In this document: positions 56,090 to 59,013 of the stretch, in pieces
Layout: every line of letters starts with the position of its first letter
Numbering within the stretch: position 1 is the first letter of the stretch
Source: a virus
UHGV virus genome: UHGV-0049545
Strand: one strand, 5' to 3'
Length of the DNA: 59,013 nucleotides
Made by a program: the position numbers and the translations under genes
The notes under the pieces: model-generated
The model's database searches: none
The model's input: only the letters and a program-made list of their open reading frames with translations
Told to the model about the DNA's origin: nothing

Positions 56090-56534
56090 TCCCCGCGATG
56101 CAGTGGAAAGGCAGCGAATGGTTATAGTGGGTATCGCGGGTCAGGCCGTGGCGCATATCCCACAACGCATTAAGGCGCATTAAAGCCGGGTAGATCTTTA
56201 TATCGGCCTGAGAGGCGATTAGGGTCATCCCGCCCGCCGTAGTGATTTTGACGGGCTTCACCATAAGCGCTTTACCGGATACCGCTTTCACCCCGGCGGC
56301 GTCCTTGCGTGCGACTGCTTTCCAGTCACGCAGTGATTTAACAGTTTTCTTCACCTGGCGGCGGTAAACGCTGTTACCGCGTACAGACCACAGGGATCGG
56401 AGGATATGCGCATAAAACGCCACCTTTGCGGCGCTGTATTCGGCGTCCGTTGCGTAGTCAGCGCGGTGTACGTGTGACGGGCGGCGGTTATCGGCGACGG
56501 CGTTAATTTTTGCGGTAATTTCGTCATGTGACAT
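56073..56534 (-). CDS. hypothetical protein (MSHDEITAKINAV...)
   Basis: ATG 56534 behind GAGGT, downstream of PL2. Confidence 0.5.
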   Translation of the reverse strand: MSHDEITAKINAVADNRRPSHVHRADYATDAEYSAAKVAFYAHILRSLWSVRGNSVYRRQVKKTVKSLRDWKAVARKDAAGVKAVSGKALMVKPVKITTAGGMTLIASQADIKIYPALMRLNALWDMRHGLTRDTHYNHSLPFHCIAGIEYAG

Positions 56535-56540
56535 TTTGTG

Positions 56541-56642
56541 TACCTCGTTTGTTGTTGTTTGCGTATCCCCGCCGGGTGAGATAAATGTAATATGCACACG
56601 TAATGAGTGCAACCCCTTAAACCCGATTTATTTCATTTTCGC
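56541..56642. repeat. Copy B of the ~105-bp promoter/5'UTR direct repeat
   Basis: Aligned with 85-192. Confidence 0.8.
56584..56612 (-). promoter_or_regulatory. Leftward promoter PL2: TTGCAC (56612-56607), N17, TACATT (56589-56584)
   Basis: Copy B of the duplicated promoter block; minus strand reads TTGCACtcattacgtgtgcatatTACATT. Confidence 0.6.
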
Positions 56643-56660
56643 GGTTCGGGTATGAGCGCC

Positions 56661-56686
56661 AATAAAAAAGGCGGCTTATCGCCGCC
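56661..56686 (-). terminator. Leftward terminator (GGCGGC-ttatc-GCCGCC + UUUUUU) right after the 56676 gene and just upstream of PL2
   Basis: Stem plus a T6 run on the minus strand; the stop codon lies in the loop. Confidence 0.65.
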
Positions 56687-56888
56687 CTTCTTTGATCCAG
56701 TCTAACAGGGCGTCGCCCTGGTCCTGTGAGGGCCAGATAAGCCCACAGCAGACTCCGCCCGCCACCGTGTAAAGTATCGGGCGGAACAGGCCGCCACCGT
56801 CACCCGCGATTATGGCGATCACGGTAAAGCCAGCGATCAGGCCACACGCGGAGAACTTTACGACGGCCTTTTTTGCGTCGTTATTCAT
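56676..56888 (-). CDS. small membrane protein
   Basis: Two hydrophobic segments. Confidence 0.45.
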   Translation of the reverse strand: MNNDAKKAVVKFSACGLIAGFTVIAIIAGDGGGLFRPILYTVAGGVCCGLIWPSQDQGDALLDWIKEGRR

Positions 56889-57076
56889 GATTTCGACGCC
56901 CCCTTACATTCAACGATACAGAAAGAATCACGGCGCAACGTTTTATCAGCGAAGATCCCGCTGTCGCCGTATCGCTCGACCCATTCTTGCGCGCGTTCAC
57001 GCGACCAGGTGATGCAATGCACTGCAAGCGCGTTATTCTTCTCAATCACTTTAAATTCCATATTCATCACTCCCAC
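56885..57076 (-). CDS. hypothetical protein
   Basis: ORF. Confidence 0.4.
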   Translation of the reverse strand: MGVMNMEFKVIEKNNALAVHCITWSRERAQEWVERYGDSGIFADKTLRRDSFCIVECKGASKS

Positions 57077-57819
57077 GGCCCGACGATATCCAGCGGATGA
57101 TCGCCCACGGCGTTCAGGTGCCCGGACCTCATCCAGACGTTATATCCACGCGGCCGCATCACCCCGCGAAACATCTTCCAGGCGCTACCCTTGCATGGGA
57201 ACGTATACGGAACGGATCCGTTATCAATGCTGTCAATAGTCACCCGCGTGCCGTTGCGCGTGACATAGTCGCCGGGGGCGGTAATAACAGTCGGCGCGGT
57301 CTCGCCTTTCTTGTAAACGTCTGCCCTGGCTGCCAGCGCATCGGAGGCGGCCCGGAGGGCCTCCGCCTTGCTGTTGAATTCTTGAGGTTTAGCGCCTGCT
57401 ATTTCCACACAAAAGAGACCGCCGCGCCCGGTAGACCAGGACACTCGCCCTACTTGCTCGCCGCGAAACATGAGGGCGGCGACTACGCCCATAGCCGGGC
57501 GGCATTCAACGACAGCCCAGCAAGCGCCCGCCGATACGACTCCCCGGCGGTCCGCCTGCCCATCGTTTGCCGTGAGCGCTTTTGCGTAATTATCGAGGTC
57601 GTCGGGGTGTTCCTGTCTCAGCGCTTCCCGCATATCTGACAGGGTGTTACCCGTAGCCGGGACCCTCCGTCCTGCCTGGTCAAAAAGGGCTTTCACCTGA
57701 TCGCCGGGCATCACCGCGATCCGGTCATTCCAGGCATCAGCGCGGCGGCTAACCTCATCAGATACAAGATTGCCAGTAGCGAGCGCCGCATATTCATGCG
57801 ATTCTATTTTGAGTTTCAT
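57067..57819 (-). CDS. paralogue 1 of the MK(L/I)KIE(S/T)HKYA family (250 aa)
   Basis: Conserved 5' ~30 nt. Confidence 0.5.
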   Translation of the reverse strand: MKLKIESHEYAALATGNLVSDEVSRRADAWNDRIAVMPGDQVKALFDQAGRRVPATGNTLSDMREALRQEHPDDLDNYAKALTANDGQADRRGVVSAGACWAVVECRPAMGVVAALMFRGEQVGRVSWSTGRGGLFCVEIAGAKPQEFNSKAEALRAASDALAARADVYKKGETAPTVITAPGDYVTRNGTRVTIDSIDNGSVPYTFPCKGSAWKMFRGVMRPRGYNVWMRSGHLNAVGDHPLDIVGPWE

Positions 57820-57821
57820 AA

Positions 57822-58187
57822 TTAGGCCCCCACGGTTTTTATTGAGATAACGCGAACATTTACAGGCGGTAAAATCGACCCATCTAACAGCGGCCCCCCA
57901 GTGTTACGGGCTTTAATGTTAGCGATCACGTTTTTAAGATGTTCGTATGAATCCACGGTCCCGGAATAGCGGCGATTCAGGCCAGCGAAACGAGGATCGT
58001 TATAATACGCCTCCACTGTTACGACCCGGCGGAATGGAAGCGCTTTAGGGAATAACGCCGCGCGGGCCTCGTTTACAGACGTAACCGACGGGGCGCGGAG
58101 TACAGCCGCGCGGGATGAATTTTTGCCCGTTAAATAAACGCGATTTAATTCCGGCGCATATTTATGCGATTCAATTTTAATTCTCAT
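57822..58187 (-). CDS. paralogue 2 of the MK(L/I)KIE(S/T)HKYA family (121 aa)
   Basis: Conserved 5' ~30 nt. Confidence 0.5.
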   Translation of the reverse strand: MRIKIESHKYAPELNRVYLTGKNSSRAAVLRAPSVTSVNEARAALFPKALPFRRVVTVEAYYNDPRFAGLNRRYSGTVDSYEHLKNVIANIKARNTGGPLLDGSILPPVNVRVISIKTVGA

Positions 58188-58201
58188 GGCCTGTACTCCC
58201 G

Positions 58202-58456
58202 CTATTCGTTTTCGTCCGTGACCGTTTCGATCACCGCTATAACGTTATAATCTCCCGGATAAAAGGGGTATTTCTTGAGGTCTTCAACGTCCAGATCACC
58301 CGTTTGGTCGGCGTACCATTCTTTTTTGGCGGCCAATACCGCGGCCTCTTCATCGTCCGCCATTACGCGGCGGACACTGGTAATCGAAGCGTCATAGCTG
58401 TCAGAAAGGACAACGGCAAACCGTTTCGGCGCATATTTATGCGTTTCAATTTTCAT
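58202..58456 (-). CDS. paralogue 3 of the MK(L/I)KIE(S/T)HKYA family (84 aa), acidic C-terminus
   Basis: Conserved 5' ~30 nt. Confidence 0.5.
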   Translation of the reverse strand: MKIETHKYAPKRFAVVLSDSYDASITSVRRVMADDEEAAVLAAKKEWYADQTGDLDVEDLKKYPFYPGDYNVIAVIETVTDENE

Positions 58457-58458
58457 GA

Positions 58459-58659
58459 TCAGGCACCTTGCAAAATTAAAGTGAAAATATTATTGGAACA
58501 ACCGATCAAACGTCCGGTTTTACGTTCACGCAAATAAATAGTCATACGACCAAAACACGGACGGCGTTCAATTCGGCAACGTTTTAAAACGCGGCGGACG
58601 TCCGCCCCGATATAAACGCCTATGATGAAATAGCCAATAAAAATTATGGTCATCATCAT
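58459..58659 (-). CDS. small hydrophobic protein
   Basis: Short ORF; weak. Confidence 0.3.
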   Translation of the reverse strand: MMMTIIFIGYFIIGVYIGADVRRVLKRCRIERRPCFGRMTIYLRERKTGRLIGCSNNIFTLILQGA

Positions 58660-59013
58660 TCGACCTCGCTTACATACCAGCCCACCGTTTCACCCCGGCG
58701 GCGCCCTTTTGCGATATAATCGCGCTCAACCTCCAGCCCGATAGCCTCAGCAATGCGGATCATGCAATCAAGGCCGCACGCACCATCAAGTGAAACGCGC
58801 TCGCCTTTTTCGTGGTAACTCATGCCGTAAAAACAATTATCATGGTTAGCAGGGCGCGGCGCACCTTCCAGCGGGAAAACGTAGCTGGCGCGATCTTTCA
58901 GCGCCAATAATTCAGGCTGATAGTTAGCCTCGATCCACTGGGCAAATACGGTGCCCAACATATCGTACCCGCCGCCCATACATTTAAAGCGGTCCCCGGT
59001 TGACGTGTCATCC
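58656..59013 (-). CDS. hypothetical protein; frame is open upstream to the window end and in phase with the 80..1 fragment
   Basis: No stop between 58979 and 59013; codon phase matches. Confidence 0.4.
   Translation of the reverse strand, partial: DDTSTGDRFKCMGGGYDMLGTVFAQWIEANYQPELLALKDRASYVFPLEGAPRPANHDNCFYGMSYHEKGERVSLDGACGLDCMIRIAEAIGLEVERDYIAKGRRRGETVGWYVSEVE

Noticed and set aside
85-56642. The ~105-bp direct repeat at both ends as attL/attR of an integrated prophage
   Set aside because: No integrase, excisionase or tRNA. Flanks on both sides are phage-like and continuous across the window junction. Each copy is a functional promoter-leader unit, so I interpret it as a duplicated promoter cassette.

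Overview
The window looks like a nearly complete ~59 kb genome of a lytic tailed phage from an enterobacterial host (GC roughly 56%). It has no integrase, no recognisable CI-type repressor, and no tRNA, rRNA or CRISPR that I could see. I infer a Chi/Enc34-like siphovirus architecture. That rests on genome size, a lambda-like gpA/Nu1 terminase, the DUF2800 + DUF2815 + PolA + VRR-NUC + SNF2 replication block, and the absence of lysogeny genes.

Layout. (1) A divergent control region at 81-757 holds four GATC-containing 28-bp iterons. It is flanked by a leftward promoter (135-163) and a rightward promoter (688-716). (2) The rightward early region 758-15385 is split into four operons. Each sits behind an almost identical sigma70 promoter, TTGACA-N17-TAnnAT, with a palindromic operator in the spacer (P1 688, P2 4583, P3 9261, P4 12315). 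These operons encode Dam-like and Dcm-like methyltransferases, a MazG-like protein, an RdgC-like protein, a DEDDh exonuclease, a P-loop NTPase, a DUF1937-like protein and many unknowns. (3) A leftward block 49566->15409 runs through a replication module, then a strictly lambda-ordered packaging, head and tail-shaft module (Nu1, A, W, B, C(+nested scaffold), D, E, FII, Z, U, V, G/GT with a -1 frameshift, H), then divergent tail-tip and fibre genes, then a lysis cassette. (4) An HTH regulator and a primase-helicase lie on the + strand at 50243-53109. (5) A repeat-rich noncoding region at 53761-54846 is a candidate ori/cos. (6) A leftward operon 59013->54847 is restarted by a second copy of the leftward promoter at 56584-56612 and probably wraps in frame into the truncated gene at 1-80, which suggests a circular or permuted genome.

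Signals I rate most interesting: the promoter-operator family; a [DE]-rich ...(E/D)V C-terminal tail on about 12 proteins including the SSB-like protein; five TTAC repeats at exact 8-nt spacing in the 5'UTR of the SSB-like gene; a C5-methyltransferase whose target-recognition domain and motif IX sit in the +1 frame; and three tandem paralogues that share a conserved 5' nucleotide module.
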